A DNA stretch of 64,000 nt from NCBI GenBank assembly GCA_964424735.1, contig CAYRJU010000001.1:3653-67652 (forward strand), written 5' to 3'. Below the pieces are notes generated by a model. The model saw nothing but the letters and a program-made list of their open reading frames with translations. It was not told the DNA's origin and made no database searches. Of this stretch, positions 1 to 8,560 are shown in pieces. How positions within the stretch are numbered: position 1 is the stretch's first letter; each line of letters starts with the position of its first letter. Made by a program: the position numbers and the translations under genes. The DNA is from an uncultured bacterium (GTDB lineage Bacteria; Chlamydiota; Chlamydiia; Chlamydiales; SM23-39).

Positions 1-1
1 T

Positions 2-640
2 GTAGAAGTCGTGTCCTTTGGGCACTCTTTCTTTTTTCGTTCGCAAGAAAGACCGAAGAGCTTTCTCGTTCCAGTGAGCGACTATGAGATTTTAGAGCTC
101 AAAGAAACGCGGATGCCCTTGAAGAACGTATCGACCGAGAGGTCGATCAAGATTGGAGGGGGCAGGGAAGCGCCTCCGAGACCTCGCGAAGAGAGTCCCC
201 AAGACGCCCATCTGGCCGAATCCCGACCTGCGCCCAGCCATTCTTCTGGGCAGCAAGATCAACAGCCTCGCGATCGCAAGCGGGACAACAAGAGGAGAAG
301 GGGTCGTAGGGGGCGGGATCGCGATCGGCAAGACATGCAGCAGGGCCAACCGCCTCGCGAAATGGAGCCGGAGGAGAGGTCTCGTGAAGAGGACTATCCA
401 ACCCCGGAGGATCATCAGCCCTCCCAGGGCAACGGTTACCCAGCCGATGCATCAGCCGGAGGAGGAGGAGAAGAAAAAGCTCCTTCATTCATTTCTAAAC
501 TTTTTCCGCCGCCCCCGACACTCATCAAAGAATCCTTGACGCGCTATAAGCCTGCGGAAACGGGAGATGAGGCTCCTTCTAAAGAGAAGTTGGAGCATCC
601 GCCTCAGAGGGATGATTCGGAAGACGACGACGAAGAGTGA
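2..640 (+). CDS. 3' end of a CDS entering from upstream of the window; Arg/Asp/Glu/Pro/Gln-rich low-complexity C-terminal tail, function unknown
   Basis: The frame is open from base 2 to the TGA at 638-640. The tail contains RDRKRDNKRRRGRRGRDRDR and ends DDSEDDDEE. Overlapping ORFs on other frames look like composition artefacts. Confidence 0.5.
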   Translation, partial: VEVVSFGHSFFFRSQERPKSFLVPVSDYEILELKETRMPLKNVSTERSIKIGGGREAPPRPREESPQDAHLAESRPAPSHSSGQQDQQPRDRKRDNKRRRGRRGRDRDRQDMQQGQPPREMEPEERSREEDYPTPEDHQPSQGNGYPADASAGGGGEEKAPSFISKLFPPPPTLIKESLTRYKPAETGDEAPSKEKLEHPPQRDDSEDDDEE

Positions 641-714
641 TCTTTAGCCCGCAGTTCAAAAGATTGCGGGCTTGCGACTAAACTCCTTTTCTCACTAGAA
701 TATCTCCTTTATTT

Positions 715-797
715 GCTTGGATGGTGGAATGGTAGACACTAGGGACTTAAAATCCCTTGGTAGCAATACCGTGCGGGTTCGAGTCCCGCTCCGAGCA
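715..797 (+). tRNA. tRNA-Leu (anticodon TAA)
   Basis: 7-bp acceptor stem gcttgga/tccgagc (one G-U pair). Anticodon loop cttaaaa with TAA. Long variable arm (type II tRNA). T-arm ggttcgagtcc. No encoded CCA. Confidence 0.9.
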
Positions 798-925
798 AAA
801 TTATTTGCGAGGAGTCGAAAAGCCAACTGCTTGGCTTTTCGAGACGGGGCTCGAATTTTTTTCGGTTGAACCCGAAAAAAATCGCCGGCCCGGGAGCATG
901 GGCTGCTTCAGCCCAGCGCGAGGGC

Positions 926-940
926 GTCCCGCTCCGAGCA
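926..940 (+). repeat. 15-nt direct copy of the tRNA-Leu 3' end (gtcccgctccgagca, identical to 783-797)
   Basis: Exact 15-nt match read directly from the sequence. The 128 nt between the copies hold three short hairpins. Confidence 0.7.
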
Positions 941-961
941 TCTAAATTCTAAGAGGTTTCT

Positions 962-1855
962 GTGGCGTCAGCATCAAATATCTCCCGTCCATCGATTTTT
1001 CCCCTTTCCTCCGCACTTCCAACAGAACGGGTCGGTCGAAATAATCCTATCGCACTTCCCTTGATTGAGATTGCCGCTATTGGCCGTACAATAGGTGAGA
1101 AAATTAAGGATGGCAGTTGTGGGAGCATTTACAATGTGAGTGGCTCAAATCCTCAAAGAGTATATAAAGCAATCCCCCTAGAGAGGCTTAAAAATGGCGA
1201 TGAAATTCGAATTTGTCAAGTGGCTGCCCAAGTTGGGGTTGCTCCCGTTTTTTATGGCGCCTGTTTGGTACAGCAAAGAGAAGACAGATTTGTCTTTATA
1301 GAGATGGACAATGCTGGAAAATCATTATTCCGTTGGATGGAAGATCTGGCCCTAGAGCCTGATGTAAGTAACGCCGCTTTAATCGAAGAGAGTAGTACCC
1401 AAAAGGCCAGGGCTAAGGCTATGAGAGAATTGGCAGATCAGGAAGATGATGGATCTGGTTTTATGGTCGTTTCATGTGATAGCGTAAAAACTGTATCCAT
1501 GGAAGAGGCTGTCGATAAATTATATACGTCACGAGAGGACTTCTTCTTCGAACTGTTTACCGCATATAAAATCTTAGCTGAAAACAAGATTGCTTATAGG
1601 GACGGTAATTGTGGCAACTTCATCCCTAATAGAGGCAACGGATTGCGGCTGATCGATTTCGATTCAGCTTTGATTGCAAAATCGCAAGCAGAGGCGGCCT
1701 CAAAAACGGTGCAAAGCATGTATAACCATGTGCATTTTAAAGATTTTCGTGCGCTGAAAGATCTGTCGTCTAAGAGCAAAGAATTGATCGAATGGTTTGA
1801 AACACAACAAAGAAATGCGCTTATGGAGCAGTTAGGGCAGGCTTTCTTATCGTAG
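962..1855 (+). CDS. Protein-kinase-like fold protein (atypical, eukaryote-like); candidate effector
   Basis: GTG start. Gly-rich loop DGSCGSIY, then VYKAIP (Lys), then catalytic-loop-like YRDGNCGNF, then IDFDSA (DFG-like), all in kinase order and spacing. Confidence 0.6.
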   Translation: MASASNISRPSIFPLSSALPTERVGRNNPIALPLIEIAAIGRTIGEKIKDGSCGSIYNVSGSNPQRVYKAIPLERLKNGDEIRICQVAAQVGVAPVFYGACLVQQREDRFVFIEMDNAGKSLFRWMEDLALEPDVSNAALIEESSTQKARAKAMRELADQEDDGSGFMVVSCDSVKTVSMEEAVDKLYTSREDFFFELFTAYKILAENKIAYRDGNCGNFIPNRGNGLRLIDFDSALIAKSQAEAASKTVQSMYNHVHFKDFRALKDLSSKSKELIEWFETQQRNALMEQLGQAFLS

Positions 1856-1861
1856 AAACCA

Positions 1862-1942
1862 CCATTTTAGTCCCAAAAGATTTCTGGTAATCTTCTAAAG
1901 AACAAACCGACTTTAGAAAGACTCAAAGCTCCGTGTGATCTT
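1862..1942. repeat. Direct repeat copy A (25 + 33 nt shared with 2930-2987, interrupted by a 23-nt insert)
   Basis: ccattttagtcccaaaagatttctg and actttagaaagactcaaagctccgtgtgatctt are both identical to copy B. Confidence 0.85.
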
Positions 1943-2022
1943 GTTCGTCAGACGCTTCTCTTCTCCAAATAAATAAATATTTAATATTTAATTTAATCTA
2001 TATTTGTGGTTAAATAGTTGCA

Positions 2023-2955
2023 ATGAGAACGATAGAATTAAATAATTACAAAATTTTCAAAGATCAATTAAAGGTTGAATGCGATAAGCAGGAGTTGACC
2101 TGTCTGGCGGCAGCTGAGAAAGTCTACCAGATTAGTCATCAGACACTTGGATATTTAGATTCCATCTGCTATTCAATCATTGATTTTCTAGCCCGTTTTT
2201 CTAAATGGTTTAAATTAAGACAATTTTTGATTGTTGGCGGAATGGCAACCACTATAATTAACGATCAAAAAATGTTTCTTGAAAAGAGACAAGAGATTGA
2301 AAGTCTTGTAAAGAAAAATTTTGATGTTGTTGCAACAAATGTCGATCACTTAGATGAAGCAGAGGTAGTTTGTTTAGGAGAAAATCATATAAGCGTTAAG
2401 AATCGGATCGATAATGCGCATTTGATCGACCGACTATGTGAAAGAGACGATCTCATTTTGACTGAAACGGAAGAGAGCGATCCGATCCGCCATTCGCAGG
2501 CTAAGTACGTGAGAAGTCCACTTAAAATTAAAGGTTGGGATCAATTAGGTCCGAGTACAAAGAGAGGCCTTGACGACGCATGTATTGCAGCCATATTGAC
2601 GGTTTTTGCGGGAATCAGTGCGGCGCTGAATGCTACTTTCTTTGAGTATGCTCTAACGATTGCATCGATGAAAAAGTCGTACGATGCACTCCAAAATATC
2701 GTTGGTGATCTTCCTGCGCGCAATCGGAGCCTATGCAGAAAAATAGATGGTTTGTCAAAAGATGGGAGAAGGCTTTATGCGATTGCTGGATTTAGCCATT
2801 TACAACCGGTGGAGAAAGAGGGCTTTTTCAGAAGGCTCTTTTGCAAAGGTCTTTTTCCCTTCGCTGACCAGAATCCTCAAGATGTGGCCTATCGAGAAAC
2901 TCTTGCTTCTTTACAAAAGCGCAAGTTTGCCATTTTAGTCCCAAAAGATTTCTGA
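2023..2955 (+). CDS. Hypothetical protein; weak ChaN/Tiki-like signature
   Basis: Long ORF after an AT-rich upstream region. Motifs VVCLGENH and YAIAGFSHL recall the GxxH motifs of the ChaN/Tiki/TraB fold. One hydrophobic segment. Confidence 0.55.
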   Translation: MRTIELNNYKIFKDQLKVECDKQELTCLAAAEKVYQISHQTLGYLDSICYSIIDFLARFSKWFKLRQFLIVGGMATTIINDQKMFLEKRQEIESLVKKNFDVVATNVDHLDEAEVVCLGENHISVKNRIDNAHLIDRLCERDDLILTETEESDPIRHSQAKYVRSPLKIKGWDQLGPSTKRGLDDACIAAILTVFAGISAALNATFFEYALTIASMKKSYDALQNIVGDLPARNRSLCRKIDGLSKDGRRLYAIAGFSHLQPVEKEGFFRRLFCKGLFPFADQNPQDVAYRETLASLQKRKFAILVPKDF

Positions 2956-2987
2956 CTTTAGAAAGACTCAAAGCTCCGTGTGATCTT
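2930..2987. repeat. Direct repeat copy B (uninterrupted 58 nt)
   Basis: It spans the convergent stop codons of 2023-2955 (+) and 2968-4110 (-). Identical to the two halves of copy A. Confidence 0.85.
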
Positions 2988-4110
2988 CGCGCTTACAGGG
3001 TAGCTTTTGATTCCACCACCACCCGAAAGCATCCCAGAGAGAAAAACCTTCTTTTTGATTTGGGCAAGGAAGATCTGGGCTTACGTCGAGTCCTGCTGCT
3101 TTCGGATTTTTCACTAAAAGAGAAGCAGGCTGTTCCCCAGTCCGCTGTAATTGCATGGGCGATTCTTTAAGAGTGATCGTTTCGGGATGAGAGGGCTCAA
3201 AACAGATTTGAGAAGTAGGTTCTCCTTCCTTGAGAGATGTGAGTAAACATACAGCGTCATGGCTTAAAGTGGTCTTTGCAGTCACATTTTGGAAATGTCC
3301 ACATGGCTCAGGTGACTTTATGCCGATATGAAGTACACTTTGGCCAGGTTCTAAGCCCTCATGTGCTCTACTTAAATGTAGGCCGGGCACTTCTTCTACA
3401 GTTCGAGAGTCGAGATCAGTCCCATTAAAGCAAGTTTTGGTGACGGAGGAGTTTGTACTGAGTGAAGAAAGAATGCAGGTCCTGCCTTCGTGTAGTTTGG
3501 CGATAGTAACGCGACCAGGATCATTGTTTGCAGAAGGGTGACGAGTGAAAGCATATAAATCGGCCTCTGGAACCAAATGGCGGCAGTCTTGAAGATTTCC
3601 ATGTTTCTGTACACACTGCGTTGCAGGCTTCATAACCTTCTGCGCTTGATCTGAACAGGGGCCCCCAGAATAATGCGCTTTGGCATCCGCAACGCTATTC
3701 CATTCTAGAGCAGTAGCGGCAGGAAGAGAGGATAAAGCCACAAGGACAGCCGACCAATAGATCGCTGTCTGGGATATAGAAAGGCGATCTACCATCATTT
3801 TAATTGAAGATTCGGCTGTTTTATAGACACGGGCTATGGAGACTGAGCTAGAGAGCATCGCTGTCTCTACTCCTGCATATTTCGTAAAGACAGCTGCAGT
3901 TAAAAGAAATGCGTTGAGGGGTTCTTGTTTGACTGTGCGATAAGCGCTCTTGACCCCATTCAATAAGAGAGTGGATACTCCTTGAGTTTTCACTTGAGTC
4001 ATCGCCTTTTGATAAAAGGCTTGAGCATCTGGATTGATAAAAGGATCGACAAGCGAAAAGACAAATGCTTTGGCGATTTCCCCATATGATGGAATGCTTG
4101 CAGATACCAT
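2968..4110 (-). CDS. Hypothetical membrane-associated, Cys-containing protein
   Basis: 380-aa ORF. Hydrophobic segments in the N-terminal third (AFLLTAAVF, IYWSAVLVALSSLPAA). No recognisable catalytic motif. Confidence 0.55.
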   Translation of the reverse strand: MVSASIPSYGEIAKAFVFSLVDPFINPDAQAFYQKAMTQVKTQGVSTLLLNGVKSAYRTVKQEPLNAFLLTAAVFTKYAGVETAMLSSSVSIARVYKTAESSIKMMVDRLSISQTAIYWSAVLVALSSLPAATALEWNSVADAKAHYSGGPCSDQAQKVMKPATQCVQKHGNLQDCRHLVPEADLYAFTRHPSANNDPGRVTIAKLHEGRTCILSSLSTNSSVTKTCFNGTDLDSRTVEEVPGLHLSRAHEGLEPGQSVLHIGIKSPEPCGHFQNVTAKTTLSHDAVCLLTSLKEGEPTSQICFEPSHPETITLKESPMQLQRTGEQPASLLVKNPKAAGLDVSPDLPCPNQKEGFSLWDAFGWWWNQKLPCKREDHTEL

Positions 4111-4153
4111 TTTTTAAGCTCCTGTAGTATTTTAGGTCGATAGGATATTTTTT

Positions 4154-5638
4154 GTGGGCATTAAAAAGCAAAGCATTTTTCTATTGCTGATTTCTCTTTT
4201 GAATTGTGAGCCGATAGAGATCGAAAAATGGCACTATAGAAACTGGCCAAATACTCGAGATCATCCAGGACATTCCCCTTTCTGTAGTTTCTTCACATAT
4301 CGAACTATTTGCGATCACATCATCGATCAATCTACGGAGCGCTTTGACCCAGATTCTGTCCAAGAGGGAGACATCATTTATCTAAACATTTGGTATTTAG
4401 ATTGGTTTGCAGCGCAGGTTCATGACAAGATTCGCCATCCTTATATCCTCGTCACTTGTGATGTGGGAAATTGGGTTCCTGTGACGAGTGCGAAAAAGCT
4501 TCTCTACGATCCAAAATTGGCAGCTTGGTTTTCCAAAAACATCCTTTTTAGCCACCACCCGAAAATCGCTCAGCTGCCCATGGGACAAGATTTCGGGATT
4601 TTTGATCTCAATCCCCAAGTATCCAAAAGTTTGCTAGAGGCTGTAAAGAGGGTTCCCTATGAGAAAAAACACCTTCTCTACATGTGTCATAGGCCAAGGC
4701 CTCACGGGGATCGAGACAAAATAGTTCCGCTATTTGAAAACCAATCGTATTGTTACACGAGAAACAAGAGCAGCGAAGAGTGGAAACCCATAGATCGGGC
4801 CCTATTTTACGAGGAGATGGGATCCTCTCTATTTGTCCTTTCTCCTCTTGGGTTAGAAACAGATTGCGTTAGAACTTGGGAAGCGTTCGTTCTCGGTTGC
4901 ATTCCGATTGTAGAGCACACCTTCAATGATCCCATTTATGAGGGATTGCCGGTCGTGATGGTTCACAATTGGGAAGAAATAGATCTTCCTTTCTTGATGC
5001 AGAAATATGAAGCCCTGAAATCTTTTCAATGCGACAAGGCCTATTTTGGTTATTGGCGAGATCGCATCCAAGAGGTTCAGAGACAAGTGAGGGCAAAAAA
5101 TTGTTCTTTTTCAAAACTCGAGGCCACCCAATTTCTCACATCGGATTTAGAAGATTTGATCTCCATTTTAGAGGAAAAAGGAGGTAAAAACTTAGTCTAT
5201 GCCGGATTTTTGAGCGCGATTCGGTCTCTTCAGCTCGCAAAAATTCCCTATTTTTTGCAAAAAATCTTTCTCTATGATCCTTGGATGGATCAAGAAACTC
5301 TATTTCGCCTTCCAACCTATTTGGAGGATTTAGCTCTTTTCGAAAATGCGGATAAACTCACGTTGGTCCGTTCACACTTTGAAATCTCGACCCATAAAGA
5401 CTGCTCTTTTTTCATCGATTTGAGCTATTATCGGCACTCTCTTTTTCCAGATTTTAAAACTTTTCGGCATGCATTGAAGGAGCATCTCAGCGAACTGTAT
5501 CAGTGGCTTGGTTCGGGAACGCTCTTATGTGGGAATAGGGTTTTTGATCCTTACGTAAAAGAGGTGTTGGAAAAATTTTCAGCCGAGTATCATCTGAGCG
5601 TAGAAAAAAGGGGAAACTTTTGGTATCTAATCAAGTGA
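4154..5638 (+). CDS. Secreted exostosin-like (GT47-type) glycosyltransferase-domain protein
   Basis: GTG start and a signal-like N-terminus (IFLLLISLLNC). The motif SSLFVLSPLGLETDCVRTWEAFVLGCIPIV matches the exostosin C-terminal pattern S.F.L.P.G....R..EA...GCIP. Confidence 0.55.
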   Translation: MGIKKQSIFLLLISLLNCEPIEIEKWHYRNWPNTRDHPGHSPFCSFFTYRTICDHIIDQSTERFDPDSVQEGDIIYLNIWYLDWFAAQVHDKIRHPYILVTCDVGNWVPVTSAKKLLYDPKLAAWFSKNILFSHHPKIAQLPMGQDFGIFDLNPQVSKSLLEAVKRVPYEKKHLLYMCHRPRPHGDRDKIVPLFENQSYCYTRNKSSEEWKPIDRALFYEEMGSSLFVLSPLGLETDCVRTWEAFVLGCIPIVEHTFNDPIYEGLPVVMVHNWEEIDLPFLMQKYEALKSFQCDKAYFGYWRDRIQEVQRQVRAKNCSFSKLEATQFLTSDLEDLISILEEKGGKNLVYAGFLSAIRSLQLAKIPYFLQKIFLYDPWMDQETLFRLPTYLEDLALFENADKLTLVRSHFEISTHKDCSFFIDLSYYRHSLFPDFKTFRHALKEHLSELYQWLGSGTLLCGNRVFDPYVKEVLEKFSAEYHLSVEKRGNFWYLIK

Positions 5639-7236
5639 AAACGGTTTTGTTTTTTATAAGTTGTCTTTGTGCTGGTTGTTGTTTTGGCTCGGATCTTTTA
5701 GAGAAAATGACTTTAGAAGAAAAGGTGGGGCAGGTCTTGATGGTCCATTTTCATGGGGAAAAGGTCAATGAAGATGCAAAGACTCTCATCCAAGATATGA
5801 AAATAGGGAGCGTGATCTACTACAACTGGGCGAATGGACTGCATTCTCCTCAGCAAGTTTTTACCTTGAGCGCAGATCTACAAAATTTAGCCAAAAATAC
5901 CCGTCTTTCCATCCCTCTTCTCATTGCAGCGGATCAAGAAGGAGGGATTGTGGCTCGCCTACAATCTGGATTTACCCGTTTTCCAGGAAATCGGGCGCTC
6001 GGAGAAACGAAAGATCCGCAGCTTGCCAAAGAGGCGGCTTTTGCGATAGGGGAAGAGCTGCGAGCTGTGGGAGTCAACATGAACCTGGCTCCTGTCGTCG
6101 ATGTGAATAGCAACCCCAAAAATCCTGTCATTGGGATTCGCTCTTTTGGCGATCAGCCAGACATCGTCACTGCTTTTGGCGAAGAGTCTTTAAAAGGGTT
6201 TCGTGAGGCCCATGTGATTGCGACTCTCAAGCATTTTCCTGGCTATGGAGATGTGGGGGTAGATCCCCATGCAGATTTACCCATCATCCGTAAATCCAAA
6301 GAGGAGTTAGAGCGAGTAGAACTTCTTCCTTTTGCAAAACTTGCCGCATCTGCCGATGCGATCATGACCGCCCATATTCTCGTTCCCGCTCTCGATCCGA
6401 AGAATTGCTCGACCCTTTCAGAAACTACGCTTAGGATTCTCAGAGACACGCTCGGATTCCAAGGATTGATTGTTGCCGATTCACTTGTCATGGATGGCGT
6501 GCTCAAAGAATGCATGTCTGTCGATGAGGCTTCGATTCGAGCTTTGAACGCAGGCTGCGATCTCCTCATCTTGGGCGGCAAGCTCCTAGTGGGTGAGCAT
6601 ACCGGTTTTGAGCTGACCCCTATCGATATTCAGAGAATTCACGGCGCTCTTGTCAAAGCGGTTCAAAATGGCCGAATCCCTGAGACTCGGCTCAATGCAG
6701 CGGTTACGAGAATTCTCAAATTGAAGGAGCTCTACATCCAGGATCAACCGGCAGATTGTTGCGGACACATCGATACGCCGGAGCATCGCGCGCTCGCCCA
6801 GAAAATCGCTGCTCGCGCCTTGCAGATCATCGAGAAGAAGCCGCTCTCTTTGCAGCTAAAATCTAAAAAGATCCTGATAGTGGCTCCAGAAATTTTGCAA
6901 GAGATGCTTTCTCGCACCTCAATATTTGCGGTAGGAAGTGCAACAGACACCTACTTTTTTAAAGGCCTCAATCCATCCAGTGAAGGGATTCAAGCGGGTT
7001 TAGAAAAAGCGGCAAGAGCAGATGCCTTGATCGTGTGTTCTTATAACGCTTGGAAAAATGCGGGTGCGATCAGTATGACAGAGTCGTTTTTCAATCTAAA
7101 AAAACCGCTCGTTCTCCTCTGTTTGAGAGACCCTCTAGATGCGGAGCTCTTTTCAAAGGCAGATCTGATTTTCAAATCTTTTAGCCCGAGCGCCCTCTCC
7201 ATACAGGCGATCTGTGAGGAGTTAGTAAACCGCTAA
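5635..7236 (+). CDS. Glycoside hydrolase family 3 (NagZ-like beta-N-acetylhexosaminidase with C-terminal domain)
   Basis: Motifs KVGQVLMV, AADQEGG, KHFPGYG and VADSLVMDG. The likely GTG start overlaps the upstream stop (GTGA) and gives the signal peptide VKTVLFFISCLCAGC. The ORF track begins at 5620. Confidence 0.85.
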   Translation: MKTVLFFISCLCAGCCFGSDLLEKMTLEEKVGQVLMVHFHGEKVNEDAKTLIQDMKIGSVIYYNWANGLHSPQQVFTLSADLQNLAKNTRLSIPLLIAADQEGGIVARLQSGFTRFPGNRALGETKDPQLAKEAAFAIGEELRAVGVNMNLAPVVDVNSNPKNPVIGIRSFGDQPDIVTAFGEESLKGFREAHVIATLKHFPGYGDVGVDPHADLPIIRKSKEELERVELLPFAKLAASADAIMTAHILVPALDPKNCSTLSETTLRILRDTLGFQGLIVADSLVMDGVLKECMSVDEASIRALNAGCDLLILGGKLLVGEHTGFELTPIDIQRIHGALVKAVQNGRIPETRLNAAVTRILKLKELYIQDQPADCCGHIDTPEHRALAQKIAARALQIIEKKPLSLQLKSKKILIVAPEILQEMLSRTSIFAVGSATDTYFFKGLNPSSEGIQAGLEKAARADALIVCSYNAWKNAGAISMTESFFNLKKPLVLLCLRDPLDAELFSKADLIFKSFSPSALSIQAICEELVNR

Positions 7237-7924
7237 ATCTACCGCTGCTCTAGCGTGTAGATCGGTTGTGTCAAAGAGGGGAAGGGAAGTGTCTTTTTGG
7301 TGGAGTAAAAGGGTGAGTTCTGTGCAGCCCAAAATGATCCCTTCAGCGCCTTGGGATTCTAGTTTTTTTGATGAGAGTCATCATCTCTTTTCTGGAGTCA
7401 GAATGGATTTTCCCGAGGGTTAATTCCTCAAAAATGATCCGATGAATCTGTTCTCTATCCCGATCTTCTGGTACGAGTGCTTTGATGCCGTATGGATGAA
7501 AGAGTCGATCTTTAAAAAAATCCTCTTCCATAGTCACTTTGGTCCCCAAGAGTCCCACTGTTTTCATCCCGGCTTTCTGAATCGCTTGGGCTGTTGGATC
7601 GACAATGTGGAGGATAGGGATATGGAGAGCGGCCTGTATTTTTGGAAACACTTTGTGAATGGCGTTTGAAGTGAGGAGGAGAAAATTGGCTCCCGCCCTT
7701 TCCAATTTTTTGGCGAGATCAGCGATTTCTTGGGCAATGGCTTCCCATTCATCTCGATGAACTAGGTTTAAAATTCTTTCGAAGTCTACCGAATAAAGGA
7801 TTGCCTCAATCGAATGATGCCCTCCCAGTTTTGCCTGTACATACTGGTTCATGAGCTGGTAATAACGCTGAGTAGATTCCCAGCTCATTCCTCCAATCAG
7901 ACCCATCAGCTTCATCAAGTTCAA
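7222..7924 (-). pseudogene. Aspartate/glutamate racemase family gene interrupted by a +1 frameshift in an A7 run
   Basis: The N-terminus MGLIGGMSWEST... is typical of the family. The ORF stops at 7343. The next frame continues LESQGAEGIILGCTELTLLLHQKD...FDTTDLHARAAV down to the stop at 7222. The total span is 703 nt, which is 3n+1. The T7 run lies at 7363-7369 on the + strand. Confidence 0.75.
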
Positions 7925-7936
7925 TGTTCTCTATTT

Positions 7937-8512
7937 CTAATCAGAAATCAAGAGAACATTTCCTTCTGAGTCGAGAGTGAACTCTTTTTCAAGCTGGTCG
8001 GGGGTTGTCTTGGCAACGCCTGCGATTTGGTTGAAATTGAGTGGAATGTTGGGATCCATTTGGCCAGCTGCCAATAGTTCCTGATGTTTTTCCAAAACGC
8101 GGGCTATGAGAGGCAGTCCTAGAGTCACTGTTTTAAAAAGCCTTTCTTCTCGCGTGACACCTAGAGCGGGATTGCCCAACAGATTGACGAGAACAGCGGG
8201 CATGTAGATCGGAGGATAGCCCGTCGGCTCAGTATCGAGCTCCTCTATGATTTTTTCTCGGATCCTTAAATTGAGCTGATTCAGGGCCTTTTTTAAAATC
8301 GCCCCCTCTTCGGGAGTGAATAATCGCAGCATGGCGCCAACCCGGGTTAAAACGCGCTCCGATCGTCTTTCTAGGTCTAACCCAAGCCAGGAGGCGCGCT
8401 TTGTCAGGTAGATGCGATACGCATCCCCTTCGGTTTGGCGCACCTTGCCAAAAAGGGCTGTCATCCCCAGCACGAAAAAGAATGCTTTTTTTAAGAACAT
8501 TTTTGATCCCAT
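7937..8512 (-). CDS. Hypothetical secreted protein
   Basis: ORF with signal-like MGSKMFLKKAFFFVLGMTALFG. The start is ambiguous (8512 or 8500; the track gives 8551). Confidence 0.5.
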   Translation of the reverse strand: MGSKMFLKKAFFFVLGMTALFGKVRQTEGDAYRIYLTKRASWLGLDLERRSERVLTRVGAMLRLFTPEEGAILKKALNQLNLRIREKIIEELDTEPTGYPPIYMPAVLVNLLGNPALGVTREERLFKTVTLGLPLIARVLEKHQELLAAGQMDPNIPLNFNQIAGVAKTTPDQLEKEFTLDSEGNVLLISD

Positions 8513-8560
8513 TTGAGATACAATTCTAATTACCCAGCAACCCAAAAGCAAACTAGAACC

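Noticed and set aside
92-539. Three overlapping ORFs (92-415 -, 147-488 -, 153-539 +) inside the first CDS
   Set aside because: They lie within a GC- and purine-skewed low-complexity region. Their products are Arg/Pro/Gly-rich nonsense typical of alternate frames. The frame running from base 2 is the longest and ends with a plausible acidic tail.
757-945. 62-aa ORF overlapping the tRNA-Leu 3' half and the hairpin spacer
   Set aside because: It overlaps a high-confidence tRNA and a series of hairpins, and has no RBS.
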